64,000 nucleotides of DNA, taken from the NCBI GenBank assembly GCA_907165135.1, contig OU015568.1:10044001-10108000 (forward strand). The letters run 5' to 3'. The notes beneath the pieces are model-generated. The model did no database searches. It had not been told where the DNA came from and saw only the letters and a list, made by a program, of their open reading frames with translations. This DNA is from Oikopleura dioica. Lineage: Eukaryota; Animalia; Chordata. Shown one piece after another: positions 37,835 through 48,865 of this stretch. The position numbers and the translations under genes are program-made. How positions within the stretch are numbered: the first letter of the stretch is position 1; the number at the start of each line of letters is the position of its first letter.

Positions 37835-40014
37835 TCAGTTCTCCGGCTGGTCGGCGTAGTTTGGGTACCCGCGGACTGGGAAGTGATCTTTAGTCCATCG
37901 GTGAGGGACAGCATGCTCACGGATCCAAGCGTGTCGCTGCAGCTGGTCCAGGGGAATTCGATTCTTGCCTCTGTATTGCAACAATCGCTGGAACCAATAG
38001 TTAGGAAAAGAGAAAAAATGCCCTTTCTTACCGTGATCAAATCACGAGCGCCTTCCTTGACGAAACTTGGAAAGCTGAATTGCGTGTTCACAATTCGCTG
38101 ATAAGTCACGTTCTTATCGTCGTGCTCGAATGGGGGCCTTCCAGTTAGCAGCTCGTAGCAGAGGACTCCGACTGTCCAGTTATCGACGGTGAAGTCGTAG
38201 TCGGTCTGCTCAACCATCTCTGGCGGCAAGTAGTCCAAAGTGCCGCACATGGTCTGAAAATCTTTTAGACTGAATTTTTTACTTTCTTTTCTTTACCTCT
38301 CGTCGTCTACTGGGCGTGCGAACTGACCAGCCAAAATCGGCGAGCTTGGCCTCGCCCTGGAGACCGATGAGGACGTTTTCCGGCTTCAAGTCTCTGTGGA
38401 TGATCTTGTTCGCGTGACAGTACTTGAGCGCGTCCGACACTTCGTGCGTGATTGTGGCAGTTCGGAACTCACTCAGCTTGCCCTTCTTCATCAGCTCTTT
38501 GTAGAGTTCGCCTGAAATATAAAAGTAAAGTACCACTTATCATTAACAATTTTGGAAAGGAAGAATTCAAGCAAAGTAGGTACAGTCAGAGTTCAAAAAC
38601 CCCGCGATTTGCCCGGGCACAGGCGGGCGCGGGCTCGGAATGGAAAAATGGTCGGGGCTCAGGCGGGCGCGGGCACAAAATTGATGAAGCTCGGGGGCTC
38701 AGGTGGGCACGGGCCCGAAACTGAAGGTGCCCGCGGGCTTACGCGGGCGCGGGCAAAAAATTGAAGGTGCCCGCGGGCTCACGCGGGCGCGGGCCCTTGC
38801 CCTCCTGCTCGCGCCCGGCCGCGCCCGCGAGCACAGAGGGACCTACTTTCAATCGGTATTTTCAGCTTCAATTCGATGACTTGAATAAGTTTGCCGTCAA
38901 AAAATAAGCGAAAATGGTAAAAAAGTACGGAAATTCGCGAGAATCTTGATTTTAGACCAAATTTTGAGCCAATTTTTGGAGTCTTTCTCGAAGAAAATTC
39001 TTTTACGGGTTACCGAAAAAAGTCTCAATTTTTATTTAAATTTTCAAAGTTTTCGGCGAAAATTTCTTCTTCTTTTACGAAAACTGGCCGCGGCCCTGAC
39101 GGGCTCGGGCGCCTGAGGCCGCGAGGCCCGGGGGCTCAGGCGGGCACGGTGTAATCATAAAAACTGGCCGCGGCCCTGACTGGCTCGGGCGCTTGAGGCC
39201 GCGAGGCCCGGGGGCGCAGGCGGGCAGCGTGCCCGCGCCCGGCCGGCCGCCGCTCCCCTGCCCGGGAGCCGAAAATTTTTGAACTCTGGGTACAGTCAGG
39301 TCTTGCAATTGCGCGACCTGCAATTGCGCGGTTTTTGGGGAAAATCCGATACACAATTTGCACTATTTAGTGCATTTTAGGGCTTGCAATTACGTGGTTT
39401 TTGGCGAAAATCCCAAAAATAAAAACCGCGTAATTGCAAGACCTGACTGTACTTGGTTTTCTAGGGCTCTTTTTTCGTTCAGAAAGATATAAAACTGTAA
39501 AATGCATGAATATTGAATTTGAACTGAACTTTTCTATTACAAACTATTCTAGCTATAGAATAAGCACTAGAATGGTTTTTTCTTTACCTTGAGCTGCGTA
39601 TTCGAGGACGAGGAAGATCTTCTTTTCATCATGGAACCAGCCGAAAAGTCGCAAAATGTGGGGATGACGCAAATGCGACTGGATTTCGATTTCTCTTCGC
39701 AGCTGCGATTCTACCCCTCCGTTGACCAGTTGCGACTGAGAAAATGAGTGGTTTTTGAAGATATTCCTAGGAAAAGTTACCTTGAAGAGAATTTTCACGG
39801 CCACGATGTAATGTTCCTTCTTTGTTCGAGCCAAATAAACTACAATTGTTTATTATCCTACTGCAACAAAAGTTAGAACTGAATTTTTACCGGATCCGAA
39901 TTTTCCTTTGCCAAGTGGCTTTCCAATGTCAAATTTCGCTAGCGACCACTCATCTCTTGTCTCTTTCTTTTCACTCGTAGTTGGATCTGCGTTCTCTTTG
40001 TTTTCCGCCTGCAT
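37835..40014 (-). CDS. AURK: Aurora kinase (~307 aa, very short N-terminus)
   Basis: Exons 39891-40014, 39781-39839, 39588-39735, 38297-38511, 38032-38253 and 37835-37987. Motifs [59 protein letters not shown]. All introns GT-AG. Confidence 0.97.
38587..39288. mobile_element. GC-rich hAT-type MITE in Aurora intron 3
   Basis: TIR CAGAGTTCAAAAA at both ends. Perfect 8-bp TSD GGTACAGT at 38579-38586 and 39289-39296. Subterminal GCGGGCGCGGGC-type repeats in inverted orientation on the two sides. Confidence 0.9.
39293..39449. mobile_element. 157-bp Tc1/mariner-type MITE (TA TSD)
   Basis: TIR CAGTCAGGTCTTGCAATT(G/A)CGCG at both ends, flanked by TA (39291-39292 and 39450-39451). Its left end was duplicated by the hAT insertion (copy at 38581-38586). 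Confidence 0.88.
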
Positions 40015-40059
40015 ATTTTTGCTGGTGCCGTTTTTACTTTTATAAAAATCGGTGTGTCG

Positions 40060-40135
40060 TCAAGTTTGCGCGCTGAAAAAGGCGCTTGAAAATAACGCCC
40101 GCTTCCAATCGAAAAGCGAATCAGCCAATGAGCGC
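40060..40135 (-). promoter_or_regulatory. Aurora promoter with cell-cycle-type elements
   Basis: 50-120 bp upstream of the ATG: TTTGCGCGC (E2F-like, 40065), GGCGCTTGAA (CDE/CHR-like, 40081-40090) and two CCAAT boxes (40105, 40125). Confidence 0.5.
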
Positions 40136-40682
40136 TCGAGTGACTCAGAAAACCCGTTGGAAAGAATGAACCACCTAAAATCTGATTTTCCCCGAAATCT
40201 GCCGTTTCCAGTTCATTTTGTTTACAATAAACAATATGTTGTTTTATTCAATAGAAATTATCAACATCAGTTCTAGGTTGGTGACAGTAAGTAAGCTTCA
40301 GTGGGGTACAGTCTGATGGGTATCGCTCGCGGTACGCTAGAATCATATAATCACGTGCTTATTAAATATCCTCTCCTGCCTTTTTTGCAGCAAATTGCAT
40401 CGTAAAAGCCACTGAAGATAAATGCTCCAGTTATGCCCGAAAATAAAATAAAGGATATTTGCATTTCGATAATCATTTGTCAGAAACTCCGTTGTTTGAA
40501 GCTCTTATTTCGACGAAATATGGCAGACATCCTGTTAATTTACAAGTTCATACTGATGTTTCATCTGCTGACCTAGTTTTGAAAGAATTATCATTCCAAA
40601 ATGCGTGTTTAATAATGAATGCTTTGAATAGAAGAAAGTACCTATTACGTCTAAATGCTCATCCTAAGTTCGTAATGGAATA

Positions 40683-42088
40683 ACGTACCCCCCCCCCCTA
40701 GCTCGCTCACATTTTGTGAACATTTTTCCCTTTTTCGCTTAGTTAAACTCCAACAAGACCCCCCTTGGTCGCTCGCTTTTTGTTACCAAGATCCGTTGGT
40801 CGCTTTTCTTCTTTTGCATCCTACGACCCCTTGTTCGCCCTCCTTGGTTTCGACGGCGCACCTTTGCTCGCCCGCCTTTCTCCGTCATTTATCCCTTGTT
40901 CGCTCCTGAAGCCCCGCGAGAACGCTTTATAACGCGTAGCTCATTTTCTTTTTCACTTTTAAAAGGCTTTTTAACTCGTAGAATGGTCTTAAAATTCGAT
41001 TTTCATGATTTTTTCTAAGCAAACTTATTTTTTTATGCTCTTTCACGTCCATTTTGTCAAATTTTTATATCTTTTTAATAAGAAGAAATTTGGACACTCC
41101 ATTTTAAGTAAACATAAGTACTCGAAATACATGGATTGAAACTTTGAGACTGTTTTTATAAAAAATCAAATGCCATTTTCCTCGAGAGTTGCAAATTTTG
41201 ATTAATTTTTCCGAGCTGAGCTGACCTGCGAAAAAATTTCTCTGAGCTGAGCTGAGCTGAGCTGGCCTACTTCGGAGGTTTCTGAGCTGAGCTGGCCTTT
41301 TTCAGAGGTCATTGAGCTGAGCTGAGCTGAGCAGACCTTTTGCTTAAGAGAGTTGAGCTGAGCTGAGCTGAGCGGACCCTAATTAGAGCTGAGCTGAGCT
41401 GTTTTTTACTGTTTTTTGGTAGTAAAATTGTATTTAAATCATTGAGCTGAGCTGAGCTTAGCTAAGTGATAATCGTCTGAGCTGAGCTGAGCTGAGCAGA
41501 ACAGATCATGTTCGAAAATAATGGAGCTGAGCTGAGCTGAGTGAAAATTGTCTGAGCTGAGCTGAGCAGATCAGATCATTTTCCAAAATCACTGAGCTGA
41601 GCGACTGCTCAGCTCACTCAGCTCAGCAAATTTGCAACTCTGGAACCAGTGTCAACATGAAGATTCGACTATTTTGAGTATAAATGTACATATAAAGTCA
41701 AACTATCAAGTTTACGGCATAATACAGCGTTGCTACAAGATATAAAAATTTAACTGGACGCTTTAAAAAGAGGAAATGAAGTTTAGTTACTGTCAAAATA
41801 TTCATGAAAATGAAAATATAGTTCCCTATGAAAAGCTTGAGTCGAAAGTACAGTAAGAGCTATAAGAGCGACCCAAGCCGAGCTAGGCTTTGGCGGTCTC
41901 GCGGCGAATAAGGGATAAATGGGTGAGGAGGAGCGAACAAGGGCGCGCGAGGTAAAAAGAAGGATGGCGACTAATGGAGCGCGCTGAAACAAGAATGAGA
42001 GCGAGCAAGGGGACTTTGATAAAATTTAACTAAGCGAGCAAGGGAAAAATGCTCACAAAATGTGAGCGAGCTAGGGGGGGGGGTACGT
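40683..42088. mobile_element. 1.4-kb non-autonomous DNA element with long TIRs and TA TSD
   Basis: ACGTACCCCCCCCCCCTAGCTCGCTCACATTTTGTGA... at 40683 and its reverse complement ending at 42088. TA on both flanks. Inverted similarity continues, degenerately, for ~240 bp (CCTTG.TCGC subrepeats). No transposase. Confidence 0.87.
41184..41642. mobile_element. Nested element filled with (GAGCT)n pentamer arrays, TIR AGAGTTGCAAATT
   Basis: AGAGTTGCAAATT at 41185 and its reverse complement AATTTGCAACTCT(G) ending at 41642. The interior is many GAGCTGAGCTGAGC blocks. No intact TSD. Confidence 0.7.
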
Positions 42089-42393
42089 TAAATAATTTGT
42101 TCTGAACAACTGACAGTATTGTCCCTGCACCAGCATTTGTTTCATAGGTGATGCTTGCTTTTTAGTTTTTTGGCGTTTTTTGATAATCAATTCGACAGTG
42201 AGCTACCGGTAATAGGCAGAAAAAGATTCAGTCAAAAATCTTAAGAATCTTCAAAGTCTCGAAGTCGTATAAATTTATCTTGCAAAACACTGGAAATTTA
42301 GGTGAAAGACGCTGAAAGTTTTTTTTTCTCAAGCATCGAATTTATTGGAAATGCTGGCAAAAGCTTATTTTTATTGGTAAAGTGAAATTGAAA

Positions 42394-44979
42394 TTAGTTT
42401 CGGTGACGGTTGTCGTTTCGTGGAAGGTATTTGTCGTAGGAGAGGAAGTCCTGGCTCATCAAATCGTCTTCGAATGAGAACGAAGAGCTGGAGTCCATCT
42501 AAAATGAAGAATGAGCATCGTAAATAGTTTGTTGTCGAAGAGACCCATTAATAAAGATAGTAAAATGAAATCACTTACGTGCTCAAACACTCGTCCGACC
42601 GGAAGCTGGCTTCGTCGCTGAGGGAAGATTGAGTCGGAATTGAGCGCCTGGCAATCTTGCTTGATAAGTTCGATGATCTCATGAGCGAAGTCTCCGAGTT
42701 TGCTGTAGTCTTGGTACTCGAAGATGTGGTCCTCATCAGCGGCCATTTCGAGGAGCTGGTTCTTGAAAGAACTGTGGATTGATTCTCCTACTGCAACAGC
42801 GGCTCGAACTAGGATTTTTATTAAGAAAATGAAATTGTTGATGAATGTCTTACTGTCAACACGTTGGATGAGCTGATCAATGACGGCTTGTTTTCGGTTT
42901 TCAGGATCTCGGGCCATACCATCGGTTAAATGGATAAGGATAGTTGTGATTTCATCGAAACCATTCTGTCGGAAGTTGAGCCCGTTTTCGGTACTTCTGA
43001 GGTTGTTGGAAAGAGCTTTGTTGATCTGATCGAGGGCGTGGTAAGTATGAGTGGAAGATGATCGCTGTCGTTCGTTTCGGATTCGGTCCATCAAATCGTC
43101 GTAGAAGAACTGGGCAGAGTTGGGGTCGGTCTTTGACTTGATCGTCTCGAAGATGGATGGAGGGAAATCGGCAGAGTCGGAGTATTGCTGGTAGAGAACA
43201 GCGGTATCCTGAGCTCGCTCAGTTGGTTTGATCATTTCCATCAACTTTGAAATCCAGTCGCTGACCTTTGGCCAATCCTCTTCTCGGATACTGTCAGAAC
43301 CATCAACCATGAAGATGATATCCAAAGGCTCTTGGCAAGCATCAAGATCGGGCTTTGGAACGCATGGGTTACAGTTGCTTGTGTCGCCGCGGCACTTATC
43401 TTCGTCAAGAAGTTCGTTTGGTCCGCATTCTGGAGCCTTTTCAGCTGGCAACTCCTTCAAAGAGCTTCCAGGCTCGCATTCGGTGATGCAAAGGATAGAT
43501 TCACGGTTCTTTTCATCAGCAAGCCATTCTTTTACGATCTCACGGATGTTAGCAGCAACATTTTCTGGTGTCTGGAGTTCTGTAGCATGTCCGATTCGTA
43601 GGAGAAGATCACCAGGGGGACCGGGTTGTCCAGCTTCACCAGTTTCACCCTTCTCACCGACATCACCAGTATCACCAACGGGACCATCACAGCCGGGAAC
43701 ACCTTTGTCTCCGACTTCTCCTTCATCACCAGCTTCACCTCTGCAGCCAGGGAGACCAACTGGTCCCTCTTCAGCATCTCCGCCTCGAGTTGCAGGCTCA
43801 CCAGGGGGACCTCGCTCACCAGGGTAGCCAGGCTCACCGCATGGACCCTCTGGACCCTGAGGTCCTTGGGGACCCTTCTCTCCGGGAACACCGTTGACAC
43901 CATCTTTGCCGGGGATACCTGGCTCACCACAGGGACCCTCTGGACCATCGCAACCAAGGTTACCTTCTGGACCAGCTGGACCTCGGGGCATCTCGCACTC
44001 GCAGTTGCACGGCTTGCATTCTCCTCGCTTGATGCACTTCTTGCTGTTGACAATCGCAGCGACTTCTCGAGAAGCCTTTACTCCGTTGGCACCATCAATA
44101 AAAACATCACCAACTTCAAGGAGGAACTCTCGGTGAGGGCATCCCATGGATTGACCGTGGAGGCATCGGATGTCATCGCTAGAAGATTGCGTAACAGTGA
44201 CAATCTTACCGCCGAGGCTGTTGATCTCGGTCTTTGCGTATTCGAGGTCACGCTTGGCAGCAGTATTCATGGTGTTCTGGGAGACCACTCCATCGGATAA
44301 GATGACGAAGAGCTTGGTGGATTCAAAGCCAAGATCGCTCATTTCCTGGTCGATACCTGGGTTTCGTGCGGTCCGGTCAAATTCCTCCAAAGCAAAGTCA
44401 AACGCAGTGTTGAAATCGAGCTGGGCACCATTGAAGATAGTCCAGCTGCCTCCCTCGGTGAACTTCCTCATCTCAGAGTTAAAGCTTCGTTTAGCGCTGT
44501 CAAGATCAGCGATATCGACATTCCACTCGCTGAGTTTCATGACTGGGACGAGTTCAGCACCGAAAAGACCGACTGAGACTCGAGCAGTAGATCTGTCGCC
44601 ACCGAGGCCAAGTTCGGTCTCGAGGTTGTTGATGACAGAGTCGACAAAGGAGGTGTATCTTTTGAGGTCATCGGCGTCTTCGCACTTGGTCATATCGATG
44701 GCAATAACGACATCGGCACCGCAGATCTCGTCAATGTTGTCAGGAGTGCACTCAATCTCACACTTGCATGAGGCTTGTGTGTAGCCACCCTGGGGTGCTT
44801 TGAGCCACTGAGAGAAGTCAGCATCAAACTGTCGAGATCCTCTACTAAGGTTGAAGCTGGGTGCATTGTACCGGCTATAGCCACTGGCTAGCGCCAATAA
44901 GCTCGGTGCGCTAGAAAAAAGGGTTGAAAATTTGCTACGAAAAAAATTGAAAAAACGAAAATAATACTTACAGCTTCAT
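42394..44979 (-). CDS. Secreted VWA - short collagen triple helix - VWA matrix protein (collagen VI/XXVIII-like architecture)
   Basis: Micro-exon MKL (44972-44979) plus signal peptide. VWA1 starts ADVVIAIDM; CKPCNCEC; ~40 Gly-X-Y triplets with several Cys; VWA2 LDIIFMVDGSDS (MIDAS)...ILIHLTDG...AVAVG. A 45-nt in-frame intron (GTAAGACATT...CCTAG) is hidden in the 812-aa ORF. Final intron 42499-42578 and last exon 42394-42498. Confidence 0.88.
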
Positions 44980-45379
44980 TTTCGTGCTCTAGTCTGGAAA
45001 TGAACACCCAAGCTGGTCGTTTTCAAGTACTTTGATGGTTTTTACGAGGTTAGGAAATAAAAAATATCAAAGAGGCCGGGAGGTATTTGCTAATTACGGG
45101 CAACGCCGGGGCTCGATCAACCTAAATCGTGACAGAGTTACGGTCCATCCGCCGCACCAGGCCAACTCACACATGATCGAAAAGGTCATTGCCTCAATCC
45201 TTCTTCATCGCTTGCCAAAAAAAACTGGATTGGACGCGTTATTTCATATTTAAAATTTATTTAAACGTTTATGTACAGTAAGTAACACCACGGCTCGCTA
45301 TCTTCATGGAATTCGTGAATCAAAATATTCACTCCATGGCAAATACTTTCATTTTACAGCCGGATGCTGTCAGCAGTTT

Positions 45380-46334
45380 TCATCTTTGCGGCAGTATAAG
45401 CTCAATTAAGCCATAATTGGGACTTGGCTTTTTAGATTGTTTCGCGCAGCTTGATGCTCTCTTGAATGCTTGTAGTGTTCTCTGAATAATGATAATAAAA
45501 ATAATTTTCATGCTTTCATGCTTTGTTCGCCGTCGAGAAAAGATACTCACCTCACATCATGAGTCGAGTGTCCACAATCCTCGCAGACATAAATCTTCTC
45601 TCTCCTCTGCTTGTAATTGAACTTGTGCTTGACTCCGTGGATCTTGTCCAGATGGCTTTCCAAGCTGCACCTCTGCGTAAACGACTTATCGCACTCACTG
45701 CACTTGTACGGCTTCACCCCTGAAAATTTGTGTTACAGACACGAAAACAAAAACAATTCTGAATAATGCCTGTATGAGTTCGAACGTGACGCTTCAGGTC
45801 AAAGGAGTCGTTGAATCCTTTGCCACAGAACTCGCACTTGTACTTCTTGTAGGGACTGTGATTGCGTCGATGGCGATTGAGCATTCTCAGGTGTTTGAAA
45901 GTTTTGCCACAGACCTCGCAGCTCAGAGATTTTTCGCTGTTGCCACCGATACAGGGTTCTTTCTTGATTTCAGGGAAGGTTCGGGGGAGTTGCGCAGGCA
46001 TGTGGACTTGGAAGGGACTTTGGGAATGTACGGGGAAGTTTTGGAGAGAAAGCGCTAGTGGGTTGAACATGGGGAGGAATTGCGAATAAACTGGGTTCGT
46101 AAAGGGAGAGAGGGTCTGTTTGGGCTTTTCTTCCTTGAGAATATTTGAAATGGAGAAATTGCAGCTTTTGAGCGAGTTAGACGAGGTCGAGGAATTCGAG
46201 GTCGATTCTACGTCGATTTCTTCAATGTCCACATCGGACGATGATGAGCCCCCGCATCCAGAGTCTTCGGTGGAAGATGATATGTGAAAGCTATCCCTGG
46301 TTATAATATGGACACGTATTTTGATAATTGACAA
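45380..46334 (-). CDS. ovo: Ovo/OVOL C2H2 zinc-finger transcription factor; 5' end unresolved
   Basis: RMLNRH...CEFCGKGFNDSFDLKRHVRTHTG|VKPYKCSECDKSFTQRCSLESHLDKIHG...YKQRREKIYVCEDCG is diagnostic of Ovo. GC-AG intron 45720-45769; GT-AG intron 45482-45550. Confidence 0.93.
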
Positions 46335-48100
46335 AGTGATCAGAATCTTTTCAAATCGGTAAAATCGTTAAAGTAAATAACCATTGCCTGTCAACAAAGG
46401 TCGGTTCTTCTTCTGTCTCGATCCCATTTAGATAGAACGGGACGGGTTTTCCATTCTTCGGACACATTTTTTTGCAAAAGTTCTTTTCTCTTTCTTCTTT
46501 TTGATGTTTTTTCGGAGACGATTTTCTTAGAAATAGCTTTCTTGGTTTATCAAATTGATTGAATGAATTTCGGAGGACTCGGCGGGAGCTCTCCGAATTT
46601 GAACAGCGCCACCTAGAAATTGCAAGCTCACGTTATCATCAGCGCGCTACCTAGGGATTTATGCAGAGCGAGCTTTCTTGAGCTTCAAAAAGTTCAACAA
46701 GGCAACATTTGACAATGAATAATAAATATAGGTCTTATTTTAGATAAGCTCTCTAATGTTTAGTCATGTCAGTTACTTTGGACTATTCTTATCACCATTT
46801 TTATGTTGCGAAGATATTTCTGAGATGATATTTTGCGGGAATTTTCATGAAAGAAAGGTAACTTATAAATTATACAGGAGCTAATGTATCTCAAGGACAG
46901 TATCCGCTCTGTAGATATTACAAAAGATGAGAACACTCATTTCGTGGTCTTTAGGAAACTTTCTCTAAATATAATGGATCTATAATATAATTTATAAAGT
47001 AAAAACCAGTAAAAGGAAACTGTGCAGGAAAATACAGGCTTCTTTACAAAAATTTTCCAAAAGAAAAGCTCATTTCCTCGAAAATGAACAAAGAGCAGAT
47101 CATCCAAAAACATTTTCGGAGAAAAACAAGTTGTCAATTTCAGGCGTCGTTCTATTATCGCTAAAATGCGGCTTTCGAAGTGCCACAGGGACACATATAT
47201 ATTGTTTTAGTTGATTATTCTAATCACGGCCTTGGAAAGGCGTGAAACCGCCGAGCAAATCGGGCGCAAGGTCTCAGTCACCGGTTTCAGACTGCGTGCT
47301 TGTTCACCGAATCCAACAGAAATTTTCCAGCAAATATTATAATTTGGGAGTGACAGACAAATCGCATTATTGCTGACCTAAAATTCATTATTTCCATCAA
47401 AAAGGCAAGAGTAGAGATAAAAAAGAAAGCTTTAAATTAAAAAATAACTGATTAAAAATCGTATTTCCCACGTTATAAAATACGTCAAAAAGTAAGCATG
47501 AATTGAGTGCTTGTGTTGACATCATGGAAACGGTATTTTAGAAGTCGAATGATGTTTCTTGTCGATGTTCCGTTCGTTACGCAGACCATATCAAACGGCG
47601 CGCTTTACACTAAACACTATTTCCTGATTTTTTCATTTAAAATATGGACTGCCCAACGCGCTGCCCATAATAAATGATGTTCTAATTCCAGAAAGCGTCG
47701 CGAAAACACTCTAAAAATGAATTTGAAAAATGTCGTTTAGAGCACGCCAGCGACAAAAACATTAAACAAGTATACTAAATATTTTTGAATTATTTTTGGA
47801 CAAGTAAAGACCGTAAAAGGGATCGATTAACGAAGCACCTTTACATGGAAATATTCTAGTGGGACCATTATCAATTCAATTATCATCATTATTAGCCCAG
47901 TCTCGAAATCTGTATTTCCTCATCTAAAGTGGAGATCAATTAGCTTTTGATTCGCCCACCTGGGGCTCATCAGAGTCATCTAAAGATCTCTCTGATCAAG
48001 AAGATGGGTACCAGATGCATAAGCTTCCGACAGCTTTTCCAGGAAGTATAAGTCGTCGGAAATTTCCAAGTAATCAGAAAAAAACAAACAAAAACCAAAA

Positions 48101-48865
48101 ATGTTTGAGAACATTGCAACTAACGGCCTTCTTGCTGATCTTGAGACAATCGCCAATCTTCTGACTCGCGAAACTTCTCCTGGAAACAACTACTATCCTC
48201 CTCATCCATCGTCCCCTGGGTATCACTCTGCACATTCTTCTCCGGCTGCGTACTCATCTCCAGCATTTTCTCCATATCCTCCTGCAGAGATGACTCCAGT
48301 ACCACGATTCAAGATTCTCGTCTGCTCTACGCCGATCACCATTACCAAGTCGCCCTGCTTTTCTTCTCCAGAATTTGTTTCAAACTCCATCGGCTCTTCT
48401 CCTGCTTCAATTCCTTCCCCTCCGTTTCCAACTCAGTCCTTCCAAGTTAGCGATAAAAGGAAATCAAACGCTGGCAAAGCGAAGAAGAAAAAGAAAGCTC
48501 CAGTCAAGAAATCGAAATACTGCCCCTGCGCTGAATGCATCACAGCCCGTTTCGAACTAAGAATTCGGCCTAAACACTCCCGCCATCCTTGCATCATTCC
48601 CGGCTGTGAAAGCTCCTACGCTCAACCTGGCGGATTGAAAGCCCACCTCCTCAACCACGAAAGAAACGACTACGGCTTCATGAAATGCTACATCTGCAAC
48701 TCGACCGCCTTCTCCTTCCGAGATCGCCTCATCGAGCATATCCTCGATCACGAAGAGATGTCGACCGGTTTTGTCAATCCTGCTCTTCCTTTGCCTGTTT
48801 TAGATGCTTCCTTTCTTGACTCGAGTTCACCATTTGATTATGCTCTGGTTTCTTATAATCTGTAA
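48101..48865 (+). CDS. Intronless C2H2 protein with buttonhead-box-like motif and two fingers (divergent Sp-like)
   Basis: Ser/Pro-rich N-terminus, basic patch, KYCPCAEC, then HPCIIPGCESSYAQPGGLKAHLLNH (cf. Sp finger 1 H.C.I.GC...Y.....L.AHL..H) and CYICNSTAFSFRDRLIEHILDH. Confidence 0.75.
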   Translation: MFENIATNGLLADLETIANLLTRETSPGNNYYPPHPSSPGYHSAHSSPAAYSSPAFSPYPPAEMTPVPRFKILVCSTPITITKSPCFSSPEFVSNSIGSSPASIPSPPFPTQSFQVSDKRKSNAGKAKKKKKAPVKKSKYCPCAECITARFELRIRPKHSRHPCIIPGCESSYAQPGGLKAHLLNHERNDYGFMKCYICNSTAFSFRDRLIEHILDHEEMSTGFVNPALPLPVLDASFLDSSSPFDYALVSYNL

